Made by a program: the position numbers and the translations under genes
Shown: positions 10,950 through 24,800 of the stretch, in pieces
Numbering within the stretch: position 1 is the first letter of the stretch
Layout of the letters: every line of letters starts with the position of its first letter
NCBI GenBank assembly: GCA_016748015.1
Contig: JAAOMT010000735.1
Coordinates: forward strand, 310,001 to 374,000
Source: Geosiphon pyriformis uo1
Lineage: Eukaryota; Fungi; Glomeromycota
Direction of reading: 5' to 3'
Length of the DNA: 64,000 nt
Notes under the pieces: generated by a model
Database searches by the model: none
Told to the model about the DNA's origin: nothing
What the model saw: only the letters and a program-made list of their open reading frames with translations

Positions 10950-13900
10950 ATAATAAAAAATTTAATATTTGAGTTTTACTTAAAAACTTTTTAACAATTT
11001 TTTATAGAATTTATTAATTTTTTTATTTTAGTTAATAAAATCTAATAAATAAAAATTTTTATTGCAAATACCACTAAAAAATTCATTTCTATTTTAAAAG
11101 ATACTATTATTAAATATCTTAAAACAAAGCTAAAAAACATATTAATATTACAAAAAATTTTAAATTTCTTAAAAAGCATGCTTTACTGTAAACTTATTTT
11201 AATAAATTGGCAATAACTATTAAAATTTTATCAATTTATGACAAAAAAATTGGCCAAATTAAACATTAAAACAATAAATTTTGATCAATAATATCAATTA
11301 AAAGCATTAATTTTAAAATAATTTAATATATTTTTACAAAATATTAAATTTAAAAAAACCAACTTAGTTTAATACCAAATTTTTATTAAAAATACTAAAT
11401 CTAAAAAACAACATATTTACTATATTTTATTAATAAAAAATTTAACTATTAATAAATTTATAATTTTTATCAATTATTTTAATAAGAAAAAAAATTTAAA
11501 AATTAAACAGCAAAACAATTAAAAACTTATATACAATATTATTAATTAACAAATTTTTGATGTTTTTAAAAAAACAAAATGGTTTTAAATATTTAACTTA
11601 ACTAATAAATATTAATAAATAGAAATAGATTCAAAAAAACAAATATAAAACAGTATTTATCATACAAAATAACAATTATAAATTTAATATAATGTTATTT
11701 GAATTAATTAATATTTCTGTAATATTTTAAAAATTAATAAATATAATTTACTCTAAAATTTTGTAACAATTTATTATTGTTTATTTAAATAATATAAATG
11801 TTTCTTTACCAAAATTCACAAATTATTTTTAATATTTACAACAAATTTTTAAGAAATTAAAACACATTAAACTTAAATTAAATTTAAAAAAATATTTTTT
11901 TGAAAAAAATAAACTAGTATTCTTAAAATACATAGTTAAAAAAGATAAAATAAAACCAAATTTATCAAAAATAAACAAAATAAAAAACTTTTTAATACTT
12001 CAAAATATAATAAAAATCAAAAGTTTTTTAGAATTTGTATTTTACTATTATTACTTTATAGAAAACTTTTTAAATATTGTTAAACTTTTTAATTATTTAC
12101 TATTTAAAAATATAAAATTTGAATAGACCAAAATACAACAAAATACTTTTAAGTATTTTATATAAAAACTTATTAAATTATTAATAATAATCTATTTAAA
12201 TTTTAACAAAAAATTTATTTTGGTTATAAATATTTTTAAAACTAGATTTGGTATTATTTTTTCTTAAAAAAATAACAATAAAAAAGAATACATAATTGTT
12301 TATATCAATAAAAGTCTTAATACAACAAAACAAAACTATATAGTATATAAATTAAAATATTTAACAGTAGTTTGAAATTGTGTTTACTTTAATACATATT
12401 TATAGTATAAACTTTTTAATATTATTATAAATTATAAAAGTTTAGTTTAGTTAAATAACAAGAAAATATTAAAAAAAAGTATATTAAATAATCACAAATA
12501 TTAATATTATATAATTATATTATTAAATATAAAAAAAATACCAAAAATACCAATATCAATTATTTGTCAAAAATAAGACATATGTAAAAATTACTAACCA
12601 ATTTTTATTAAAAACAATGAATAATTATCTTTATAAAAACTTAAGTTAATATTTAAAACACTATAATTAAATAAAAACATGTTAATAGAAAAGCTAATTA
12701 AGTTTTAAGATATTATTTTATTCAAAATTACATATTTTATTATTAGAATTAACAAAATTCAAATAATTTATTAAAAGTTATAATTACAGATAAAAAAACT
12801 ATTTTATTTAATATGTACTTAGATATTTATTTAGACCATTTTAAAAAAACAGTAATTATTTAATATGTAATTAATTATTATTATTGACTTAAAATAAATT
12901 TAAATAAAAAATTGTAATTTATATTAATAAAAAAATGAACCAAAAATAACTAAATTATTAAGATTAATAAAAATTAAATAGTTATTTAATAGAATTAGAA
13001 TTGATTTAATTAAATTATTAATAATAACAAAAAATAATTATTATATTACAATAATAATAAATTATTTTACCAAATAACTAGAAATTAAAATTATCAAAAC
13101 AGTTAATACTATTTTAATAGCTTAATTTATACATAAAAACTTAATTTGTTGACATAAATATTCACAAAAACTGCTATTAAATTAAGATATATATTTTGTA
13201 AACAGTATTTTAAAAGAACTTAGCCAAAAATTTAGAATTAAACAACTACTATTATTATTATACTATTTATAAACAAATAAATTAATTAAATAATTTAATC
13301 ACACATTATGTAAATTATTGGCCAAAATTAGCAATAAACATATAAAAAATAAGATTTATTTATATTAGTAATACTATTAATATATAAAACATCAAAATAA
13401 AATATTATACAATTTATATTATTTAAATTAATTTTGAAAAAAAGCCATATTATCAATTAAACTTACTATTTTAATATATTTAAATAACATTATTATTAAA
13501 AAATATTTTATAAAACATTATTTAAAAAAACATATAAATTAATAAAAACTTTAAAAAACAAACAACACAAAATATTAAATAATTATAAGAACAACAAAAA
13601 ATAAAACATGACAATCAATTATTAGATAATATAATTAACTATAAAATTAGAAACAAAATATTGTTGTATTATATTAAAACTAAAAAACAAAAGAGTAAAA
13701 AGTTTGATTACAAGTAAAATAAATTATTTTATATTTATAAAATACTTAAAAATAAATTATATAAATTAAGATTAAATAAAAAAATATTTAAAAAAAACAA
13801 TAGATAATAATTGATTAAAATTATATTATAGTAAGCCAGTAATAACAACACAAATACTCAGAATTAAAACACAATTATTATTAATATTATTAAATCAGAT

Positions 13901-14063
13901 TCTATAAGATTTAAAATTAATAGTTTTAATTAAACATTATTCAAAAGATAATTAATCTTAAATTACACTAAAAACGACTTAACAAGCATAAAAACTTATG
14001 TAAAAAAATTCAAAACAATAATTAAAAATTAAAACAATAACATTTATTTTAAAAAATATTAGC
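10950..14063 (+). mobile_element. Second, extremely AT-mutated Gypsy pol relic (spacer-RT-RNase H-IN)
   Basis: Collinear with the first element: IANTTKKFISILKDTIIKYL; FDVFKKTKWF; IIVYLNN (YLDD) at 11782-11793; KIKSFLEFVFYYYYFIENF; FNRIRIDLIKLL; NKLIK*FNHTLCK. Ends at an N-gap. Confidence 0.8.
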
Positions 14064-14083
14064 NNNNNNNNNNNNNNNNNNNN
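14064..14083. other. Assembly gap (20 N)
   Basis: Run of 20 N. Confidence 0.99.
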
Positions 14084-14244
14084 ACAAATTAATAATACAA
14101 TATTAAACTACTATAATAATTTAAAATTTAATAAAAAAATTAACTTTGATTTTAATGAAGCTTAATTTAAAAAAAAAAATTATAAAATAATATAAATTAT
14201 CTAATTATAATATAGCATAGTAATAATTTTAAAATAATAATTAA

Positions 14245-17200
14245 AAAATAAACTTCTTTCTTTCTTACCTTCCCAAATTCCCAAAAAGCGCATTTTCTGG
14301 AAAAAGAAGTTTTTTGTATTTTTTTTTAGTCTATATCAATATTTTTTTACCTAATAGTAACCCATTTTTCGTGGATATAGAGGCTACTGCTAGTAGCACC
14401 ACACCTAAGAAGAAGGCTCCTAAGGGTGCTTTTCAAGGTTCTACTGGTGACTCCTTTTCTCAAAAAAAAAAGGTTGTTCTTAGTAATGTGAAACATTCTG
14501 GTAATGAAAAGAATATATTCTTGAGCAAAGCTGGATCTAGTGGCAGTGTGTATTCTGATGTAAAGAGTCTCTTTGGTGAGGATGAGGATGTTAACATGTC
14601 TGGAATGGATGGTGGGTTTCTTTTGGGTTCAGTGACTACTACACTCAAGGCAAAATGAGTTAATACTGGTGTTGGTTTTGGTTCTATGCTTGGCTTTTCT
14701 AATTTTCATATGGATGATGATAAAGTTGTGCTCCCTCCTCACTTGCCTATCTCTTTAGAGAAGAAATGGATTGACCTTAAAATTATTAAGACTCCTGTGG
14801 AAGTGTTAGTTAAAAAGTCATTTGCTTTGGATATTAATCTCTCAGCTGTGGAGGGTAAATCGGCAACGGCTAAGACTCAGTTAATTAGAAAAATTTTCTC
14901 AACAGTCAATGGTTTTGGGGGGATCACTACCCCCTCAAAATTTAAAGGGATCATCAGATCAACATTTACATCAGAGAAGAGCATAGAAATGGCCATGTCA
15001 TTGGCCAGAGAAAATAAGATCATCATAAACACCAATCTCAAAAAACAAGAAGTGCATTCAGATTGGGCTGTAGTGATCAAAAAAATTCCCATGGACATGC
15101 CTAAGGATATGATTGTCACTGCAGTCACCAAGTTTGGTGAAATTAAGTCAATCAGAATTCAATTAATTGGAATGTGGCAAAAGGCTGTGGTAGAGTTTGT
15201 TGAATCAAGTCAAGCCAATCTGCTAGCATCAAAATGGTCATTCCTGATCAGAAAAGATTCAGTATGTGTTGCCAAAGCTGTGGGAGATCATGATGTCTGG
15301 GCATTAAGAGATCAGTTTAAGGTGTTGTTGTTTACTTTGCCAGTGGGAACGACTGCACATGACCTTGGTACCCTTTTGGAAAAGACTGGAGGAAAGACTT
15401 GCATCATCAATTGTTCATTGAAAACTGGTAATAGATTTCATTGTGCTGTGGTTGGCTTTGAATCTAATGAGGAGTTGGAATTTGTTTTTCTCACTGAGCT
15501 TATTTTCAGTGGTGTTCATTTTTCTTGGGCTAGGTTAGATTTGGTTTGGTGTGGGAAGTGTGAGCATTTTGGTCATTTGGTCTTGGAGTGTGATGTCTCT
15601 GATGTTCTACCTCTTATATCTTCCGAGTTGTTGAAAAAATCTTCTCTTGGTGTGAATTGTCTTTAGCTGGCAAGATTGTATGCCAAAAAAAATGTTTCTA
15701 TCTCTTGTCCTACTGCCTTTGGTAGCAAATCATGGGCTCAAGTGGTGTCTAGTGCCTCCTCTTCTGGTGGCTCTCCTTCCAGTTCTGGTTTGTTTTCTGG
15801 TGGCATGCCTCTTGTTGTGAGCCTCTCTAATTATCAGGTTGTTGGTTTAAATAATTGTTTGGTGGTTTTAGAATGCTCTTTGAGGATTCTTTCAGATCAA
15901 GTTTCTGTTATTCTTAAAAAATTGAGTTTCATTAAACTGGTGCCATTGGCAGCTTCTTTTTGTGCTCCTTCTTTGGCTGTTTCTGTGTCTTTGGCTCCAA
16001 TTGTGAATTTGAATATGGCTCTGAATGACATGTTGGCTTCGGCTGATCCTTTTTTTTCTGGTAGTAGTGAATCTGCTACTGTTCTTAGTTCAAGTGGTTC
16101 AAAAGTCCTTACCTTCAAGATGGGTGGTTTGGAATCTAAGATGTCTGCCCTAAAGGCTTTGTTTGGTTCAATTCTGGTGAGATTAGATCTCTTGTGTTCT
16201 GGTTCAAGTTTGTTTTTGGTTTCTTCATCCCAATGAATGACTTGATTTGGAAGGTGGCTACATGTAACGTTCATAACATCAACATTCCTGCTAAACAAGA
16301 GGATGTTGTACACTGGCATTTTGATTCTGGAAATTTGATTTCGATCATCACAGAGACAAAGTTAAGATCTTCAATTAGACTGTGGATTGCAAATAAATTT
16401 AATGGTGTGTGAATTTTCTCTTCGGGGTTGGATAAGGGTTTTCTTGGNNNNNNNNNNNNNNNNNNNNTGCCTTTGGTAGCAAATCATGGGCTCAAGTGGT
16501 GTCTAGTGCCTCCTCTTCTGGTGGCTCTCCTTCCAGTTCTGGTTTGTTTTCTGGTGGCATGCCTCTTGTTGTGAGCCTCTCTAATTATCAGGTTGTTGGT
16601 TTAAATAATTGTTTGGTGGTTTTAGAATGCTCTTTGAGGATTCTTTCAGATCAAGTTTCTGTTATTCTTAAAAAATTGAGTTTCATTAAACTGGTGCCAT
16701 TGGCAGCTTCTTTTTGTGCTCCTTCTTTGGCTGTTTCTGTGTCTTTGGCTCCAATTGTGAATTTGAATATGGCTCTGAATGACATGTTGGCTTCGGCTGA
16801 TCCTTTTTTTTCTGGTAGTAGTGAATCTGCTACTGTTCTTAGTTCAAGTGGTTCAAAAGTCCTTACCTTCAAGATGGGTGGTTTGGAATCTAAGATGTCT
16901 GCCCTAAAGGCTTTGTTTGGTTCAATTCTGGTGAGATTAGATCTCTTGTGTTCTGGTTCAAGTTTGTTTTTGGTTTCTTCATCCCAATGAATGACTTGAT
17001 TTGGAAGGTGGCTACATGTAACGTTCATAACATCAACATTCCTGCTAAACAAGAGGATGTTGTACACTGGCATTTTGATTCTGGAAATTTGATTTCGATC
17101 ATCACAGAGACAAAGTTAAGATCTTCAATTAGACTGTGGATTGCAAATAAATTTAATGGTGTGTGAATTTTCTCTTCGGGGTTGGATAAGGGTTTTCTTG

Positions 17201-20200
17201 GTGCTGGGGTGGCTATTATTATGGCCAACTCCTTGGCCTGTCATGTCACTAAGATTGAGAAGATTCTTGGTTGTGTTGTGGTGGTGCGTTTCTTATTCAA
17301 AGATAAGCTTTCAGTGTTTGTTGTTGGTTTGTATGCAGGTGCATCTTCTGGAAATTGTTTTGGTTAGGCTTTTGAAGTGAACTCTGTCATTGCTAAGGCT
17401 GTTAACTCCAGCTGTTTCATTATTTTGGGTGGGGATTTCAATAAAAATGGATCTAGAAAAAGTGCAAGTTTCAAATTCTGTTTGGAGTTGGGTTTGGTCA
17501 ATTTGTTTACTGGCCACCCTTTGGTCAGTAATTCTACATGGAGCAATTCTAGGGGGGTTGAAAAGACTATTGATTTCATTTTTGTTAGTAAGATTTTGGC
17601 TTCTGCTGTCACTGGCCATGGAATTGGCTCTGTTTCTGACTTTTTTGACACTGATCATTGTGCGGTTTCTGTCTCTGTTGGTTTGGGCAGCTTCTTAGAC
17701 AGCTGGTTGAATAGCTTGCGCAAACAGGCTAACAAGGATTGCTGGAAGTTTTTCATTAAGACTGTTGATGAGACCAAATGGTCTCAGTTTAGAGACTGCA
17801 CTTCTGCCAAGCTTTTGGCTGTGTCTGGTGAGTTTTCAGAAACTTTGGCTTATGCTGATGTGAATGGCATGTGAATATGTTTGGAAAAAGTGTTGGTGGA
17901 TTCTGTGGATGAGATATTTTCGAGGCATTGGTTTAGTGAGTTTCAGTGTTCCAAGAACAAATTCTCTTCTAAGTTTTTTAGGTTAGAACTGTTAGTTGCT
18001 AAAGTTGTTAAAGGGCTGAGATTGGGCAATTTACAAAGAGTCAATCAGCTTATCAATATCTGGGCCAAACTAAATAGTGGTAAGGCTGCCATGATTGCTA
18101 ATATGATCCAGGATAGTAGCAAGTCTTCAGATGTCTTAAAGCAATTGTTATTGTTTCAGAAAGAATACAGGAAATCCAAGATGTACAAGTTAAAGTTGGC
18201 TAAGGAAGCTTCTGTTCAAAAGGCCATTGAGTGCCATATGGAAAAATTTTGTTCTGATAAGGGTGCAATGATTAGAAATGTGTTGGATCGGCCTTTCCAC
18301 AAGGTAGTTCTTAATCATTTGGTTGTCAATGATGAATTGGTGTTGGAGCCGGGTATGGTGAAACTTGGTGTTGATGAGATCATGGAAAGCTGGACTAGGA
18401 AGAAGATGGTGCCTTTGGTTGTGTCTAACATCTGGGCTTATCAGTATGCTCTGTTGGATTATATAAGGGATGATGCTTTTTCAGGTATAATGTGCTCAAT
18501 TGATATGAGTGAGTTGCTTTTGGTGGTTAATAATTTACCTGATGGCAAGGCTGCTGGTCTGTCTGGTATTCCTAATGAGTTGTGGAAGCACTGTGGTAAC
18601 ATGGTGTTGAAGTTTCTGTTGGGTTTGCTGAATTCATGTTTGACTGTGAGGAATGTGCCTGTTTTGTGAAAAAGAGCTTGGGTTTCCATAATCCCTAAAC
18701 CTTATGACTGGGATGGAATTCTCACAAACACTTGACCCATTGCTCTTATTGAGACAGCCAGGAAGATTCTCTCCAAGATTTTGTCAGATTGTATTTTTTT
18801 GGCATGCAGCAAGTTCAGTGTTCTTTGAGATGATAATTTCTCGGTGTTTAAGGGTACTTCTACACAATCTCTGGTGTTTGCAATTGGGTCTGTGATTGAG
18901 GATGCCCTTAAAAAAAACAGGGAGGTTTGGATGGTCTTGCAGGATATGCACAAAGCATACAACTCAGTTGGATGACACTACTTGAGAGTGAACTTGCAGC
19001 ATATCAAAATGTGTGAGAAATTTGTGTCATTTTTTGGTAGCATTCATAAGAATAGAGTTAATAGGGTAATGATAGACTTTGGGCTTTCAAATAGTTATGT
19101 GGTGCATGATGGGTTAGATCAGGATGAGGTCTTCTCACCCCTCTTGTGGAAAATTTTTTATAACCCACTTCTGTGTGAAGTTAAAAGGCATGAACAGTTT
19201 TTTGGATACTGAATAGATTCCAGGTTCGTTTTGAGGTCAGGCTGTATTGAGAGTGGTGGTGAGTTCTCTTCTTATTTTGCAGCTGGTGCTTTTGTTGATG
19301 ATACAATATGAGTTAGAAACTGTCAAACTGCTACTCAGAATATTTTGGACATTGCAAGTGGGTTTTTTGTCCTTAATGACATTTTTATCAACAATGAAAA
19401 GACTGTGGTCATTCTGATCAATCAGAGTGTTAGGGTTGCTTTTTTGTATATTAATAGTCTTCCCATCTTAATTGCTAAAAAGGGAGAGACTCATCATTAT
19501 CTGGGGATCTTTCTATCTACTAATGGGCTTTCAAAGCCAAGTCTGGCCAAGGCATATTCTGATGTTTGTTTTTTTACTAATGTAGTTCTTAGAAAGGCTA
19601 TTACTAATAAGCAGTTTTTATATTTGGTGTTGGCCGTCTTGCAGCCTATTGTCAACTATCACACTCAGTTTAGCTTTGTTTTGTCATCTGTATGCTGTAA
19701 ATGAGATGTAATGTTGAGAAAAAGTCTTAAGTCCAAAGCTGGTTTGCTTCGTGATTTCTCCACTGAGGCTTTGTGTCATCCCTCTTTGTATGGCCTAAAA
19801 TCTTTTGAGCAGATGCAGTCTGAAGGAAAGTTGGCTGCCTTAATCTCATTTTCCAATTCTTTTGGTGTTCTTGGATGTTTGTTTGAGCATAGATTTCTTG
19901 ATTTGCAGGTTTTGGTATGGTCTCCTCTGAACTCTTTACAGTTTCCTGTTAAATTGTGTGTTAGTCCTGTAAATAATTTTCTGGCTGGTGTGATTAAAAT
20001 TTTTCTGTGTAACAAGCTGTCTCTGGCCAATAATTTATTTAATATGTTCCATAGTCCTGGTCACTTTTCTGTGTCTTCTATTCTGGGGGGTTCTCTATTC
20101 TTCAATTCTGTTCATTCATTAAAGCAGTTTGGTGTGGCTTTTGGTAATAAACTGTTTGACAAAAAAGGGTGTGTTATGAGTTGTAAAACTTTTTGGTGCT

Positions 20201-21810
20201 GGAAAAGGCTGGATCCAAGGGGTCCTGCTTCTTACTGGTTTAAGGTGGTGTCTGAGTTTCTTTGTGGTGGGAGCACTTCTATGGCCATCTCTGTGAAGTC
20301 TGTTTGTCCTTTTAGTTTGAGCGTTTTGGATACCAAGGAGTTTTCTGTTGTTCAAGATGGGTTGCATAAGATTTGGTCTGGTTTTTTTAAGGTTTTTACA
20401 AATGATTCTGTTAAGAATTATGGTCGTGCTAATGTAGCCAGTGGAGTGGCTGCTTATTTTTTTGCAATTGATTTGAGTGTTGGCATTAGGGTTCTTAGGC
20501 TGTTGTCTTCTACTATGGCCAAACTGCAGGCCATTGTTTTGGCTTTGGAGTGCATTTCTTCTTTTTGTTCTGTTGTACTGCATTCTAATAGTCAGACAGC
20601 CATTAATGCATGCGTTTCTGAAATGTCATTATCTGTGTCTGATTTCTGCTCTTTATATTGGTTGGAAAGGCACCGGATTTTTAATTTGGTTTGTGACAAG
20701 GATTTTTCTGTTTATTGAGTCAAGATTAAAAGACATTCTGGGGTTCATGGCAATGTTAAGGCAGATGCTGCTGCTGAAGACGCTGCTCTCTCTTAATTTT
20801 CTTTGCCTGTTGGTGTCAGTGAGTGTTTTTTGGTTGCTAAAAACACACTTGTGTCTGGCAATGCTTATCATTTTATTCGGAATTTGTTTAGATCCATTTG
20901 TTATGCTTGGTGGAAAGTGGGCCCTGGTTGAGATGTGGTTCCTGCCATGTTGACTGAAACTGTTGATTGGGAAGCTACCATTAGGATGTGGCATTCTGAT
21001 TTGCATATGCTTGCTGGTTTTACTAGTTAGAAGTCTTCTTATCTTTACACCTATTTGATAAAGGCTGTGCACCATCAGATGCCTGTGGTGGTAAGGAAAC
21101 AGCTGTATGATAAATGTTACCCTGGTGTGCTGTGTTTGCTGTGTTGTGAGGTGGAGTTGTCTGATCATGTTTTTACGTGTTCCCATAACACGGAGATTCA
21201 GAGAGAGATTTTGGCTGCTACTTTTGCTGACTGAGTGTTCTTTGCTGAATCTTGTAGCTTGTTGTCTTCTGGTGTTTTGTGGTTTTTTAATTGGTGTTTT
21301 TTAGATGTTGGCTTGTATTCTGTCTTGTGTAAGAGGTTTGTGTTGAGAGATTGGTGTGCAGAGGCTATGGAAGTTCTTGATAGTAAAAAGAAGGCTGTTA
21401 GTGTTGTAGTTGGTTTTGTTGGGCGTTTTGTTGAGTTGTACCACTCAAGAGCCTGGTTGGTGAGGTCTGTGTACAGGGTGAAAATAGAGACAGCAGGTTT
21501 GGTTAGTGATGACATGTTGATTTTTGGTTTGTCTCATTGTATAAACTCTTTGTTGTCTGACAAGGTGGTAAGAATGCTTGGTGTTATTGGCTCTTTTGCT
21601 ATTAGTTTTGGCCGTTGTAAGTCTTGTCTCCTTTCTCTGGTTTGGATGGTAGTCCACATGTTTTTTTAGGTGTGTAATGTTGTCTTGTCTGGCCTGAGTG
21701 GCTAGCCACATATAAAAAGTGTGTGAGCTGCATTTAGTTTAAGCCTCTTAGTTTGGCTTTATGTACTAGATAGCAGTTGGGCTTCATTCATTAATCGCAT
21801 TAATAAAAAA
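14245..21810 (+). mobile_element. Full-length non-LTR retrotransposon (LINE with APE-RT-RNase H), copy 1, divergent subfamily, inactivated
   Basis: ORF1 14341-16236 (RRM-like, CGKCEHFGHLVLEC knuckle). ORF2 runs to 21677 (ATCNVH.IN, ETKL, GGDFN, TIDFIF, DTDH; AFVDD; RNase H; CLLCCEVELSDHVFTC). A-tail at ~21805. 14-bp TSD AAAATAATAATTAA at 14231-14244 and 21808-21821. Confidence 0.93.
15714..17201. other. 734-bp apparently exact direct duplication flanking a 20-N gap (16448-16467); likely scaffolding artefact
   Basis: 15714-16447 matches 16468-17201 (offset 754) with identical ORF translations, including inactivating mutations. Confidence 0.9.
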
Positions 21811-21860
21811 ATAATAATTAATATAATAACAAATATTATTTTATAATAACAGCAAACATT

Positions 21861-24800
21861 TTTTTTTTATGCTTTACAAGCAAAGTCCAAACACCACCTA
21901 AAACTATACATCAAAGAAATAATCTAAACTAGGCATGAATCATGCATTTTTTATACATAACCAGCCACTCAAACCAGTCAGGACAACACTATACTGTTAT
22001 AACAACAGAAACTGAAAAATCTATACCAAAAAAAAATGAACAGTGTTTACAAAAACCAAAGCAGACACCAAAAGTCTCAGACATCCCAAGCAATTTAATC
22101 ACATCAACAGACAACTTCAAAGCTGAGCCAGAAATTGAGACGGGAGCTGAGCCATCTATAGGGATCAGCCCACATTTCTCCATAAAGGCATGATGTTTAA
22201 CATAAACCAACCAAATGTCATTTCTAAAAGCGAGGCAGAGAGAGCACAAAAAATTGGTAATCTTGACACCAGCTACTTTGAGATCCTGGAAGACAAAAAC
22301 AGCCTCTGTAAACCATCTATTGAAAACAAAACCCTTAAAAAGAGCTGAGAACACCAAAAAATCCAGAGCACAGGCAGACAACAATTGCAACACACACAAA
22401 GAGAAAAAGAAGAGACCTGAAAGTTTTTTCCAAGAGGACATGCCCAAATTCAATATCTGGCAATGAACTGAGCTATCGACCATACAAGAAAACACATGAT
22501 CTGATACCTCTACCTCTCCACAATACAGACACAGAACATTAAGATAACATCTATCATAAAGATGCTTCCAAACAGCTACGGGAAGCCAATGGTGCAAAGC
22601 TTTCATGAAGTAGGTATGAGAATTAGCAGTGCATCTACTGATAAAGCCTGTGGCCATGTGCAAGTCAGGGTGCAACATTTGGGAAGATCTGAGCCAATCA
22701 ACATCTGAAAGCAAACCACCCACCAGAAAGCCAGAACCAGAACCAACCTCCCAACATACATAACAAACAGCACGAAAAACATTCCAAACAAAGTGCCTAG
22801 AATTACCAAAAACTATACCACCATTGGTTATCAAAAAATGTTCACTCATGTGAAGAGGAAGGAACCAACCAGAGAGAGAAGCAGCATCAGCAAAACTGTC
22901 AGCATATTCATTCCCCAAAATACCAGAGTGGCTCTTCATCTTGTGCCAGCTGACTCTTAAATTCTTGTCATGAATAATATTTCTAATGTGCTGCCACTTG
23001 ACCCAACACTGATTGCAGAAGTCAGGACACATCAGATCCAACTCTGATTTGCAAGCATCCAAAGCAGATTGACTATCCAAAAACAAGCAAACAGAGCAAG
23101 ATGTTGGTATATACTCCAGAGCTAAAGCAATGGCCTGCAACTCTGCCAAAGTAAATAAAACCAAACCACAAACTCCAACACCCAAACCCAAATTAATGTT
23201 CTCAAAAAAGACTGCAGCACCAGCTTAACAATCCAGCATGCCCAAATCTTTTAGAGAACTATCAGTATAAACAGACAAACAGCCAGAATCAACTTGAGAG
23301 AGACAATTGCTAACAGACACAAAATCACTAGACTTACAAATGTTCAAAAAGCTAACACTAATCAAATCCGAAGGAAAGGGAGGCAAACCACCAAGAAATA
23401 CAACAGAAAGCTTAAACCACTCAGGAACTGGACCACGAGGGTCCAGTCTTTTCCACTACTTAAAGGTGTACTAGTTAAAGATATCTCTATAATGATCATG
23501 TAGCTGATCCATAAAGGCAATGCCATAATGCTGGAGGGAAGACAAAAATTTGAGAAACAAAGATTCACCCAGAACAGTAGACATAGACACCTCATTACAA
23601 AGCTGAAAAAAGCTGGCCAAAGAACCACCCAAAGATAAATTGCAGTCAAGAAGAATGCAAACCATGCCTGATAAAAAATTGTTGGAAGAACTAACACAGA
23701 CACGAACTGGAGAACTCAATGGATAGATGAGACACCAACTTAAAACTTGCAAATCATGAGACCTGTGACTAAATAATCGACCCAGAATCCCACAGGAGTT
23801 CACAAAACTAATAAGTGAAGCAACTTTGCTCTCAGACTGACACTGGAAGAAGGATTTTAAACCATAAAAAAAAAATAGTAAATCATATTACCAGGAAAAT
23901 CGAGAGGAAGACCAGATTTAAGCTTTAAACTCTTGCAAACCAGAGCATCTCATTTGTTGCATACACCAACAGGAACTAGGCTGAACTGTATTCTGTAGCT
24001 GATTATAGGATAGAGAACTACTAACACCAGGTACAAGAACTGCTTATTTGAAACCACTTTTTGCAGAACCAAATTACTGAAGAAATGAATGTCCAAATGG
24101 GCTTTAGCCAAGTTAGACCTAAAAAGACCATCAGTAGAAAGAAAGATACCAAGATACCAATGAGATTCATCTTTTTTGGCTATGGAAATAGGTAAATCAC
24201 TAATGAAAAGAGACAAACTGCTGATTTTGCTATTGATAGGAATGACCACAGTTTTGTCATTATTGATTGAAATATCATTAATTCGAAAGAATTTACTAGC
24301 AATGTTGAGAATATGTTGAGTAGCAGCTTGACTGCTGTTAACCCAAATTGTGTCGTCAACAAAGACCCCAGCAGCAAAAAAGAATATAAGCCCAGCCAGA
24401 GATTCAGTACAACTACTCTTGGAGATAAAATAAGAATTGAGTCTATATCCATACACACTCTTCTGGCACTTGACTTTACACAAAAGCAGATCATAAAATA
24501 TGCACCAAAGAAGAGATGAAAAAACTTCTCCTTGGTCTAACCCATTATATACATAATAGCTATCAGTTAAACCAAAATCTGTTATAACCTGATTGGTCCA
24601 ATTTCTATGAATACCACTGAAAAACTGAATAAACCTGTCACACATTTTGATCCTGACCAAACACCTCTTGAAATACTCCCATCTAACAAAATTGTATGCT
24701 TTTTGCATGTTCTATAACACCAGCCAGAGCTCCTGATCCTTCTCCAAAGCATTCTTAACAACTGAACCAATAGCAAAAATAGGAGTTTGGGTTGTTATAT

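Noticed and set aside
10570-14230. Extremely AT-rich DNA as a possible Mollicutes-related endobacterial or mitochondrial insert
   Set aside because: Most of it is collinear with the Gypsy pol at 3.7-7.8 kb (RT, RNase H and integrase motifs still readable), so it is an eroded retrotransposon.
15714-17201. Apparent tandem duplication of the ORF1/ORF2 junction in LINE copy 1
   Set aside because: The two copies appear identical, including inactivating mutations, and abut a 20-N gap. This is typical of unmerged overlapping contig ends.
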